44,945 nucleotides of DNA from a virus: the UHGV virus genome UHGV-1372148, one strand, 5' to 3'. Below the pieces are notes generated by a model. The model ran no database searches. It saw nothing but the letters and a program-made list of their open reading frames with translations, and was not told where the DNA came from. Positions 38,205 to 44,945 of the stretch are shown here, in pieces. How positions within the stretch are numbered: position 1 is the first letter of the stretch; the number at the start of each line of letters is the position of its first letter. The position numbers were made by a program, and so were the translations under genes.

Positions 38205-38618
38205 ATGCAGGACAGACTTAAGGCTATCATCGAGTACAAGACGGGCGGGCGCATCGGGGAGTTCGGTGAGCTCCTCGGGTGGTCGCCTCAGTACATAAGC
38301 AAGCTCCTCCGCGGTGCGAGCATCGGCTTATCGCCCGTTCGTACGATCCTCGAGGCACTGCCCGAGATTAACGCCCGCTGGCTGATCCTCGGAGAGGGGC
38401 AGATGCTCGACAATGCGCACGTCTCGGCGCTCCGTCGTGAGGCCGTGGCGCGCGCCTCCTCGCTTATGGCTATCGATAGGTATATAGACGTGATGACGCC
38501 CGACGAACTGCGACGCCTCGAGAAGGCTATCGCGTCGGGGCGCGCCCCCTCCTTCTCTCCGTCCGACGTTGCACGCTGGGAGCTACTGCAACAACAGCCA
38601 CCACACGCTAACCACTAA
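38205..38618 (+). CDS. HTH (XRE-like) regulator, paralogue 1.
   Basis: LLGWSPQYISKLLRG followed by ARWLILGEGQM. Confidence 0.5.
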   Translation: MQDRLKAIIEYKTGGRIGEFGELLGWSPQYISKLLRGASIGLSPVRTILEALPEINARWLILGEGQMLDNAHVSALRREAVARASSLMAIDRYIDVMTPDELRRLEKAIASGRAPSFSPSDVARWELLQQQPPHANH

Positions 38619-38625
38619 GCGCTCT

Positions 38626-38895
38626 ATGCAGTCCGACGATATGCAGGCCATCACGCGCCGCTTCTTCGACGCCCTCGCACGCCTCAAGGCCGACGGCACT
38701 ATACGGGGGAAGAAGACGTTTACAGATCGCTTCGGCATCAATCGCTGGAACTTAAACAGCGTGGAGAAAGACCCTACGGCCTGCCGAGTGCCTGCCACGT
38801 GGCTATCCTATCTCGTAGTCGGTTACAACGTCTCCGCCGACTGGCTACTCACTGGCCGCGGTGACTTCTACGGGGCGGTGCGTCGCTCTAAGTAG
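38626..38895 (+). CDS. HTH (XRE-like) regulator, paralogue 2.
   Basis: FTDRFGINRWNLNSV followed by ADWLLTGRGDF. Confidence 0.5.
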   Translation: MQSDDMQAITRRFFDALARLKADGTIRGKKTFTDRFGINRWNLNSVEKDPTACRVPATWLSYLVVGYNVSADWLLTGRGDFYGAVRRSK

Positions 38896-38939
38896 TACAC
38901 TTTTGTGTATCTTTGTAGCGTAAACTAATCGCTACAATT

Positions 38940-39254
38940 ATGAGACAACGACTACGCGCTTACATACGCGCAAAGGGCATCACCGAGTACCGCTTCCTGA
39001 AGGAGGCGAAGCTCTCCCTCGCCTTCTTCACCTCCAGCGCCGACGGCGTCAGCGCCCGCACGCTCGTCAAGATCGGCGAGGCCTTCCCCGACCTCAATCT
39101 CGACTGGGTGACCACTGGCAACGGCTCGATGACGACCGACGCCTCCGACGGCTACATATCAATGGCCGACCACCAGCGCGCCCTGCGACGGAAGGACGAC
39201 GAGATCGAGCGCCTGAAAGCACAACTATCCGAGCTACGCTCCCGTCTTAAATAG
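38940..39254 (+). CDS. HTH regulator, paralogue 3, with a C-terminal coiled coil.
   Basis: GVSARTLVKIGEAFPDLNLDWVTTGNGSM followed by IERLKAQLSELRSRLK. Confidence 0.5.
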   Translation: MRQRLRAYIRAKGITEYRFLKEAKLSLAFFTSSADGVSARTLVKIGEAFPDLNLDWVTTGNGSMTTDASDGYISMADHQRALRRKDDEIERLKAQLSELRSRLK

Positions 39255-39273
39255 CCACCTCGGCGGGGCAGGC

Positions 39274-39409
39274 AAAAAAAACTTTTCCCAAATTTTGGTA
39301 GTACACAAAAATGTATTATCTTTGTAGTGTGAAAGGGGAACAACGAAGCCCCATCCACAAGATCGAACTATAAGTAACAACTAAAAGAGTAAACGAAAAT
39401 GGAAACGAA
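39274..39409 (+). repeat. Copy A of the ~130-bp duplicated promoter / 5'-leader / start-codon cassette.
   Basis: About 95 % identical to 41715-41848. Contains TTTG (39294-39297) and TAtcTTTG (39317-39324) 19 nt apart, a GGGG-N10-CCCC hairpin, then ATGGAAACGAA. Confidence 0.8.
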
Positions 39410-39896
39410 GAAGATCACCCTCGAAGGCATCGAATTTTACGAAGACCGCTACAGCGGCAATCTTGTAGCATACGACAAGATCGAAGGCGTAGACGACATT
39501 GACGACGCTAAGCGACGTATCGAAGCCCTCCTTTGCTCCTACATCAAGGAGTACCCTTACTTCGGCACTTGGAGCATCAAGATGGACACCAAGGACGGCC
39601 ACACTGTAGAGCTGCGCTGGTCGTGCGACAGCGTCGAAGAGTACGACGAGTTCATTACGACGTTCGTAGACAACGAACGCGTGTACGACAACAACCAATC
39701 AAACTACCTCATAAAGGCGTACGAGATCGGCGACGCAAAGTGGACGCTCGCTTCTACCGACGAGGAGATCGGCGAGATTAGCGAGGCGTGGTTTAAGGGC
39801 CACGTTGAGGAGGTCATCGAGCGATACCCCGAAGAGTTCACCGACGAAGAGAAGGCTCGCGCCGAGGTGGTGAAACCCCTCCTCGCCGAGTACTAA
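39399..39896 (+). CDS. Highly acidic small protein (candidate DNA-mimic / anti-restriction protein).
   Basis: 165 aa, strongly D/E-rich. It is driven by repeat copy A and ends in a GC hairpin plus T-tract terminator. Confidence 0.55.
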   Translation: METKKITLEGIEFYEDRYSGNLVAYDKIEGVDDIDDAKRRIEALLCSYIKEYPYFGTWSIKMDTKDGHTVELRWSCDSVEEYDEFITTFVDNERVYDNNQSNYLIKAYEIGDAKWTLASTDEEIGEISEAWFKGHVEEVIERYPEEFTDEEKARAEVVKPLLAEY

Positions 39897-39913
39897 GATA
39901 ACGGCCAAAAGAA

Positions 39914-39950
39914 GCGCCCCCTGCGATTAGCTCGTCGGGGGCGTTTTCGT
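39914..39950 (+). terminator. Rho-independent terminator.
   Basis: GCGCCCCC-N14-GGGGGCGT followed by TTTCG. Confidence 0.55.
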
Positions 39951-40059
39951 CTATTTGGGTGCGCGTTTGTTGCTCGCGTTGCGTGGTGTCTGTGGCAACG
40001 CCTCGTAGGTCAGTTAGTTAAGTGCGTCGTGTAACATTCTGCATCGGAAAGTAGCGGGG

Positions 40060-40240
40060 TATTTACGTGCGACAAACGACGGCAAGCGTACGACAAACGA
40101 CAGCAAGATAACGCGCTTAAATAGTAGGCCTACGCATCGCGCCTCGGGGCGTTCGTTTTGTCGTTGTTTGCTTTTCTATTGTCGCAGGTTTGTTGTTACT
40201 TTGTTGCTCGAGAACCACTAAGCAACAACGAGCAACAAAT
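40060..40240. promoter_or_regulatory. Candidate attP / integrase regulatory region.
   Basis: Direct repeats CGACAAACGACRGCAAG at 40070-40086 and 40091-40107, 21 bp apart. Inverted repeat TTTGTTGCTCG-N19-CGAGCAACAAA at 40199-40239, just before the int ATG. Confidence 0.35.
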
Positions 40241-40242
40241 CT

Positions 40243-41388
40243 ATGGCTACCTCTAAAGACCCCGTGCGCCTGCGTCGGCGCACCACGCCCTCGGGGCGCA
40301 TATCACTCTACCTCGACATATACCACGAGGGATCGCGACGATACGAGTATCTAAAGCTCTACCTCGTCGCCGAGCGCACACGCGCCGATAAGGAAGCTAA
40401 CCGCGAGACACTCCAGCTCGCCGAGGCTATCCGAGCGAAGCGACTACTCGAACTACGTAACGGCCTCTACGGCTTCGCCACGGCCAAGCCTAAGGCGCGC
40501 TTCTTCGACTACTACTGCTCGCTCGTCGAGCAACGCCACGGCGACGAGAGCGAGGGGAACTGGAACAACTGGCGCTCCGCCCTTCACCACCTCCGCCATT
40601 ATGAACGACGGGAGAGTATCAAGCTCTCCGAGATCACGCCCGACTGGGTGCTGGGCTTTCGCGACTTCCTCCGCCACGACGCCCGCGCGTGGTCGGGGAA
40701 TTTTCGCAAACGCATAGACGACAAGCCCCTCGCGGTCAATAGTCAAGTATCGTATTTCAATAAGCTACGCGCCTGCCTCCGACAAGCCCACGAGGAGGGG
40801 CTGATCCCGAGCAACCCCGCCAAGGCCGTAGACGGAATAAAGGAAGAGGAGGCGACGCGTATGTATCTCACGATCGACGAGGTTCGCCTGCTGGCACAGA
40901 CTGAGTGCGCCTATCCTGGCATCAAGGCCGCGTTCCTCTTCTCCTGCCTCACGGGCTTGCGTCGCTCCGACATAACGCGCCTAACGTGGTCGGACGTCCA
41001 CACACACGGAGATTACACGCGTATCATCTTTCGTCAAAAGAAGACGCGCGGGCAGGAGTACCTCGATATTACCCCCGAGGCCGTCGAGCTTATGGGGGAG
41101 CGAGGACGCCCCGACGCGCTCGTTTTCCCCGACGTCCACACGGCTAACTGCACTAACAACGCTATACGCCTATGGGTGGCACGTGCGGGCATCGCAAAGG
41201 ACATTACCTTCCACTGCGCACGCCATACGTTCGCTACTATGATGCTCGACCTCGGGACGGACATATACACCGTGAGTAAGCTCCTCGGTCATCGCTTCCT
41301 CTCGACGACGCAGATATATGCGAAGGTGCTGGATAAGAGCAAGCAGGAGGCTGTGTCGTCGATACCCTCTATCCTCGGCGGTGAGTGA
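40243..41388 (+). CDS. Tyrosine integrase (site-specific recombinase, phage-integrase family).
   Basis: C-terminal catalytic region with R...HCARHTFATMM...LGHRFLSTTQIYAKV (R-H-R-Y pattern). Confidence 0.8.
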   Translation: MATSKDPVRLRRRTTPSGRISLYLDIYHEGSRRYEYLKLYLVAERTRADKEANRETLQLAEAIRAKRLLELRNGLYGFATAKPKARFFDYYCSLVEQRHGDESEGNWNNWRSALHHLRHYERRESIKLSEITPDWVLGFRDFLRHDARAWSGNFRKRIDDKPLAVNSQVSYFNKLRACLRQAHEEGLIPSNPAKAVDGIKEEEATRMYLTIDEVRLLAQTECAYPGIKAAFLFSCLTGLRRSDITRLTWSDVHTHGDYTRIIFRQKKTRGQEYLDITPEAVELMGERGRPDALVFPDVHTANCTNNAIRLWVARAGIAKDITFHCARHTFATMMLDLGTDIYTVSKLLGHRFLSTTQIYAKVLDKSKQEAVSSIPSILGGE

Positions 41389-41714
41389 CGTATTTTGCGT
41401 ATCTTTGCCGTTAGATGTTGCTCCAGTTGTTGCGCATCTGTTCGATCTGATAGGGGAGGCGCCGCCGTGTGCTTCCCCTATCTCTTCCCCTCCTCCCCGT
41501 GTAAACCATTTCGTTAACTCCAACGATATGGTTTAAAAGATCAAGGCCTCGACGCTGTTACACGCCGAGGCCTCTCTCTCATCTATCTACCTGCTAAAAC
41601 CCTGCGACTTAGGCGCTCCCGCGCATCCATCGCTGTATCAGTTTAATGAAGAACCGAAGCAAAGGTAGCTATACATTTCCATTTAACCAAATGGTTAAAT
41701 TTTCGGGTGGGCGG

Positions 41715-41848
41715 ACAAAAACTTTCGGTGAATTTTGGTAGTACACAAAAATGTATTATCTTTGTAGTGTGAAAGGGGAACAACGAAGCCCCGCCACAAG
41801 ATCGAACTACAAGTAACAACTAAAAGAGTAAACGAAAATGGAAACGAA
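41715..41848 (+). repeat. Copy B of the duplicated promoter / 5'-leader cassette.
   Basis: See copy A. The TTAACCAAATGGTTAA palindrome lies just upstream at 41683-41698. Confidence 0.8.
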
Positions 41849-42230
41849 AATGAACATCGAGGCTTTCGGGCTGACGTTTAAGAGAATTGACGACAAGAGC
41901 GGTGTCCGATACCAAGCTAAGGTGTATAAGGTAGCCGAGAGCGTAAATGATGTTAAGGGGGCGCTCCTCCACGTAATGTGTAAGGCGATAGATGCAGAAC
42001 CAATGGTTGTATCACATCCTTACGGCATATCAGTTCAGATCTCAGACGAGTACGACGGCTACCTCTACCCAATCATAGCGATATGCAAGCCTGCCGAAGA
42101 CGTCGCTGAGTGGCTCGGGAATTATTACCACGAAGTTGCCCGAGTGCTGGGGGACGGTACCGAGGTCCGATACGGTGTTCCCTACCGAACGGGGCTACCT
42201 TGCGAGGAGTACTGGGAAGACTGGGACTAA
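41838..42230 (+). CDS. Acidic small protein (second cassette cargo; lower GC).
   Basis: 130 aa starting METK from the shared cassette. Followed by the terminator CGCCCCGACT-N10-AGTCGGGGCG. Confidence 0.5.
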   Translation: METKMNIEAFGLTFKRIDDKSGVRYQAKVYKVAESVNDVKGALLHVMCKAIDAEPMVVSHPYGISVQISDEYDGYLYPIIAICKPAEDVAEWLGNYYHEVARVLGDGTEVRYGVPYRTGLPCEEYWEDWD

Positions 42231-42244
42231 CAAAGATAAAGATG

Positions 42245-42282
42245 CGCCCCGACTGCAGTAGGTAGTCGGGGCGTTCTCTTCA
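42245..42282 (+). terminator. Rho-independent-type terminator.
   Basis: 10-bp perfect GC-rich stem followed by TTCTCTTC. Confidence 0.5.
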
Positions 42283-42504
42283 TAAAAGAAGGGCGAGGAA
42301 GTCACACCTCCCCGCCCTTGTTAGACGTTGCGAGATTAAGCGAATAATCACGTACATCTGTGAGCATAAGCTCGTTTCAATTCAGCACCCCGAAGGGTGG
42401 ACACGTAGAAGCGTGCACTCATCTACACTGCAAATGTAGGGAAAGTTTTGATACCACCAAACACCCGCAGACCTTTTTCGTGAGGTCACGAAAATGCTCT
42501 CACG

Positions 42505-42969
42505 TTAGAGAAGCCCACGCAGTATCGGTAGCCACAACTTCCTCGACACCCACGCACCGAGGGCGATGGCAATAGCCAGCAGTGGGGCAAAGGCTTTGAG
42601 GCGCATAGCCTGCCACGCAGTGAGCTTGGCTGGTACTTCGACGTGCCTTGTGATAGTATGCACGACGCGCACGCTATCGACACGTCCTGCGTTGATAGTA
42701 TCGTGGACAACTCTATCTCTGTTGCGATAGACCTCCTTCGTCTTGTATATAGTGTCGCCTGCCTGCCTCTCGGTGACATACACGCTGTCGTGGATGTACA
42801 CGCTGTCTAACCGCCAGCGGTCTCGCCACTCTACGCGTCCGCGCCACTCTGTTCGGGTGTTCTCTACTGGGAGTACCCGTCGGGAGCAGGAGGTGAGGGC
42901 ATAGCCTATCAGTGCCACGGCTATGACAACAAGGAGCGTTTCCCACCAGCTTAGTCTATTTGTTTTCAT
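42505..42969 (-). CDS. Lipoprotein / membrane protein.
   Basis: N-terminal signal plus Cys (ALIGYALTSC) and a C-terminal hydrophobic helix. Confidence 0.45.
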   Translation of the reverse strand: MKTNRLSWWETLLVVIAVALIGYALTSCSRRVLPVENTRTEWRGRVEWRDRWRLDSVYIHDSVYVTERQAGDTIYKTKEVYRNRDRVVHDTINAGRVDSVRVVHTITRHVEVPAKLTAWQAMRLKAFAPLLAIAIALGAWVSRKLWLPILRGLL

Positions 42970-42974
42970 CGTAA

Positions 42975-43128
42975 ATCTTTGTTAAGTCTTTGATAGGTAG
43001 CCACAGCTTGCTACCTTTGTAGGAGAGAGGCGCTGGGGCTGGAGATTGGCTTTCAGATTTCGTACTCATAAATCCTATCCAGCCCCGCCTCTCTATGCGC
43101 CCTGCCGACTGGCGGGGCGCTTTCGTTT
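42975..43128 (+). ncRNA. Candidate small-RNA transcription unit: a Bacteroidetes promoter, then a long imperfect hairpin, then an intrinsic terminator.
   Basis: TTTG at 42989-42992 and TAccTTTG at 43012-43019, 19 nt apart. Stem GAGAGGCGCTGGGGCTGGA (43023-43044) pairs with TCCAGCCCCGCCTCTC (43078-43095). Terminator GCGCCCTGCC-N4-GGCGGGGCGC followed by TTTCGTTT. No ORF. Confidence 0.35.
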
Positions 43129-43336
43129 AGGGCTGAGCCTCGCCCTCTTCGGGCTTGGACTTAGCCTCGTCCTCCGCCTGCCACTTCACCTCTAAGGCGA
43201 GGGCTTCCTCTTCGGGCGTGAGTACCCAAAGGTCGGCCGCCTGCTGGTCGGGGCAGTAGAGGTAGTAGCCGATTAGTCGGTGGCTTCGGTTCACATAGGC
43301 GAAGCCGTCGGGAGCGATTAGTTCGATCATATCCAT
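43127..43336 (-). CDS. Small acidic protein immediately downstream of the fibre gene (possible fibre assembly chaperone).
   Basis: 69 aa; its ATG is 3 bp after the fibre stop. Confidence 0.35.
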   Translation of the reverse strand: MDMIELIAPDGFAYVNRSHRLIGYYLYCPDQQAADLWVLTPEEEALALEVKWQAEDEAKSKPEEGEAQP

Positions 43337-43338
43337 AG

Positions 43339-44945
43339 CTATCTAAAATTAAGTGTGAAGCCCTTGGCGGATGCCTTTTGGCTGTACTCTCGAGCCACTG
43401 CCGTGTGCGCCGTCTGCCAAGCTCTCGCAAGCGTGATAGACTTCCCCGTCACCTGCTGGAGGTTATCGACGAGGAATTTCACGCTCTCAACGGAGAGGTT
43501 GGCGCTATGCTGGAGATTGAGGTCTGCCTTGAGCCCCTTGATGCGCACCTCCTCCAAAGCCTCGCAGAGGTATAACATGTTGGTCGTTGCGGCGAGCTTT
43601 GAGAAGTCCAGCGTGCCGTTGATGCGTCGCAGGCGAGTGCAGCCGTTGAAGGCGTTATCTACCTTGGTCAGCGCATCGCCCGTGCCGAGCGTCACCTCCG
43701 TGAGCGACGAGCACTGCTGTGCTATCTGCGCTATATCGGTCACGTTGGGGGTCTCCCCGATGGTCAGCGTCTTAAGCGACGCACAGAGCGTGGCGAGGAG
43801 CGATAGCGTCGTGCATCGTGGCATTGCGCCTATCGTAATCGTCTCGAGTGCTGCGCACCCGTAGAAAGCACCTGATGCGAGAGCGACGGCGGGTAGGTCG
43901 GGGAGTGTTGCCGTAGTCATAGATGCGCACCCACTGCACATTTGGCTGATGTTCGAGATTTGCCCAGCGTTGCGGATCTCGGGGAGAACCTTAAGGGCTG
44001 ACGCGTTTGTAAACATACTATAGAAGTCTGCGGGATTGAACTCAGAGTAAACCTCGAGCGTCGGGAGGTAATCCGACTTAAAGCCGCTAAGCTGACGCAA
44101 CGCATACACGGGGAACACGTACACCTTAATCTCTTGGATCTTGCCCGCTAGGTCAGTTAGCCCGTCGGTGTCATCCACCGATACGCCCTTGGCACGCATG
44201 GCCGTGATGATTTCCCTGCGGTGGCCGTCTGCCTCCAGCAGTTGCGCTCCTGCGGTCGTGTTCTCGGGTGCGCTCTCGTCTGTGCCGTTGTTGATCTTGT
44301 AGAGTAGCTCTATCTCTGTTTTGTTCATACCTTCTTCGTTGCTTCCGTTGTTGCTTCTTGCGCTTGCCCACTCCTTCTCGGAGAGCTTGGGATTGTCTGT
44401 CGTGGTCTCAAGGTAGGATTGGTAGGCATTCTTCCCGTCCTTCCCCTTTAGGCTGGCGAGCCAATCAGCCTGCGAGCCTTGGTAGCCTCCTGCCTTAGCA
44501 AGCTCGTACGCACTCTTACCTGCATCGCCCTTGAGGCTCTCCAGCCACTCCTCACGTGAGCCTTGATACCCGCCAGCCTTGGCTACCTCGTAGGCATCCT
44601 TGCCGTCCGAGCCACGAAGGGACGCAAGCCACGCCTGCTCGTCACCTACGTAGCCATTGCGCACCGCCACCTTGTAGGCGCTTTCTCCGTCTGCTCCCTT
44701 GAGCGAGGCTATCCACTCCGTTAGGCTACCCTCGTAGCCCTCCGACTTAGCGAGTTCGTAGGCGGATAGCCCCGTCGCACCGATGAGGGTCTTTAACCAC
44801 TCCTCTCGGCTACCCGTGTAGCCCGCTTTCTTGGCGACTTCGTATGCATCTGCACCATCCTTGCCGACAAGGCTCTTTAGCCACTCTTGGAGCGTGCCTT
44901 GGTAGCCCTCTTGCACCGCCAGCTCGTAGGCGGACTTGCCGTTAC
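43339..44945 (-). CDS. C-terminal part of the wrap-around tail-fibre-like protein: eight 28-aa tandem repeats, then a BspA-type leucine-rich-repeat region.
   Basis: Repeats (K/R)G.DGKSAYE.AK..GY.GS..EWL.SL occur eight times. The C-terminal part has LRR-like segments (FNGCTRLRRINGTLDFSKL...EALEEVRIKGL). The ORF is open to the right edge of the window. Confidence 0.55.
   Translation of the reverse strand, partial: NGKSAYELAVQEGYQGTLQEWLKSLVGKDGADAYEVAKKAGYTGSREEWLKTLIGATGLSAYELAKSEGYEGSLTEWIASLKGADGESAYKVAVRNGYVGDEQAWLASLRGSDGKDAYEVAKAGGYQGSREEWLESLKGDAGKSAYELAKAGGYQGSQADWLASLKGKDGKNAYQSYLETTTDNPKLSEKEWASARSNNGSNEEGMNKTEIELLYKINNGTDESAPENTTAGAQLLEADGHRREIITAMRAKGVSVDDTDGLTDLAGKIQEIKVYVFPVYALRQLSGFKSDYLPTLEVYSEFNPADFYSMFTNASALKVLPEIRNAGQISNISQMCSGCASMTTATLPDLPAVALASGAFYGCAALETITIGAMPRCTTLSLLATLCASLKTLTIGETPNVTDIAQIAQQCSSLTEVTLGTGDALTKVDNAFNGCTRLRRINGTLDFSKLAATTNMLYLCEALEEVRIKGLKADLNLQHSANLSVESVKFLVDNLQQVTGKSITLARAWQTAHTAVAREYSQKASAKGFTLNFR

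Noticed and set aside
38902-38915. Possible third promoter (TTTG ... TAtcTTTG) upstream of the gene at 38940.
   Set aside because: The -7-like TAtcTTTG is clear, but the only upstream TTTG is 2 nt away, which is the wrong spacing. It is kept as a possible weak promoter only.
42360-42575. 71-aa plus-strand ORF in the int-distal intergenic region.
   Set aside because: It overlaps the terminator and the 3' end of the convergent lipoprotein gene. It has odd Cys/His-rich composition and no promoter. Probably non-coding.
1-44945. Looked for a diversity-generating retroelement (a reverse transcriptase plus template and variable repeats near the fibre gene), and also for CRISPR arrays, tRNAs and transposases.
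   Set aside because: No YxDD reverse-transcriptase motif occurs in any frame-translated ORF. No repeat-spacer periodicity was found. No convincing tRNA T-arm or acceptor features were spotted by eye. A tRNAscan run would be the decisive check for tRNAs.

Overview
The window reads as a complete, circularly permuted genome of a temperate siphovirus-type phage of about 44.9 kb and roughly 62 % GC, most likely infecting a Bacteroidetes host. The circular reading rests on one gene: a repeat-rich tail-fibre-like CDS on the minus strand starts at 514, runs off the left edge at position 1, and continues in the same frame and the same repeat family at the right edge (44945 down to 43339). The host inference rests on promoters matching the Bacteroides TTTG / TAnnTTTG consensus and on the lack of Shine-Dalgarno sequences. 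Gene order, with the direction of transcription shown: minus strand from 36670 down to 20777 carries early and late genes (Cro-like HTH, a small membrane protein, Xis-like HTH, RecT, a DUF1351-like protein, YqaJ exonuclease, a DUF4373 replication initiator, a primase-helicase, an SSB-like protein, DUF3310, a DUF559/Vsr-like protein, a ParB-nuclease-domain protein, a low-GC glycosyltransferase-like gene, terS, terL, an SPP1-type portal, a small Cys-rich ORF and a MuF head-morphogenesis protein). An 11-gene island on the opposite (plus) strand at 16171-20694 interrupts this transcript; it encodes a MazG-like NTP pyrophosphatase, a DEDDh (DexA/RNase T-like) exonuclease, a lipoprotein, two membrane proteins and six small unknown proteins. 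The minus strand then resumes from 15902 down through the origin: scaffold, decoration-like protein, HK97-fold major capsid, four head-tail connector proteins, major tail protein, a G/GT tail chaperone pair with a -1 programmed frameshift, a 1443-aa tape measure, a 164-aa unknown, Dit, a 995-aa Tal, holin, M15 peptidase and the wrap-around fibre gene. The lysogeny arm on the plus strand (36805-42230) carries a CI-like HTH+S24 repressor, a lipoprotein, three paralogous HTH proteins, an acidic protein, a tyrosine integrase and a second acidic protein. The two acidic genes are each driven by a copy of a ~130-bp duplicated promoter/leader cassette. Other noteworthy points are a candidate small RNA unit (promoter, long hairpin, terminator) at 42975-43128, a recurring palindrome TTAACCA-NN-TGGTTAA at four regulatory sites, and a 24-bp inverted element bracketing the replication module. 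No rRNA, tRNA, CRISPR array, reverse transcriptase or transposase was recognised.
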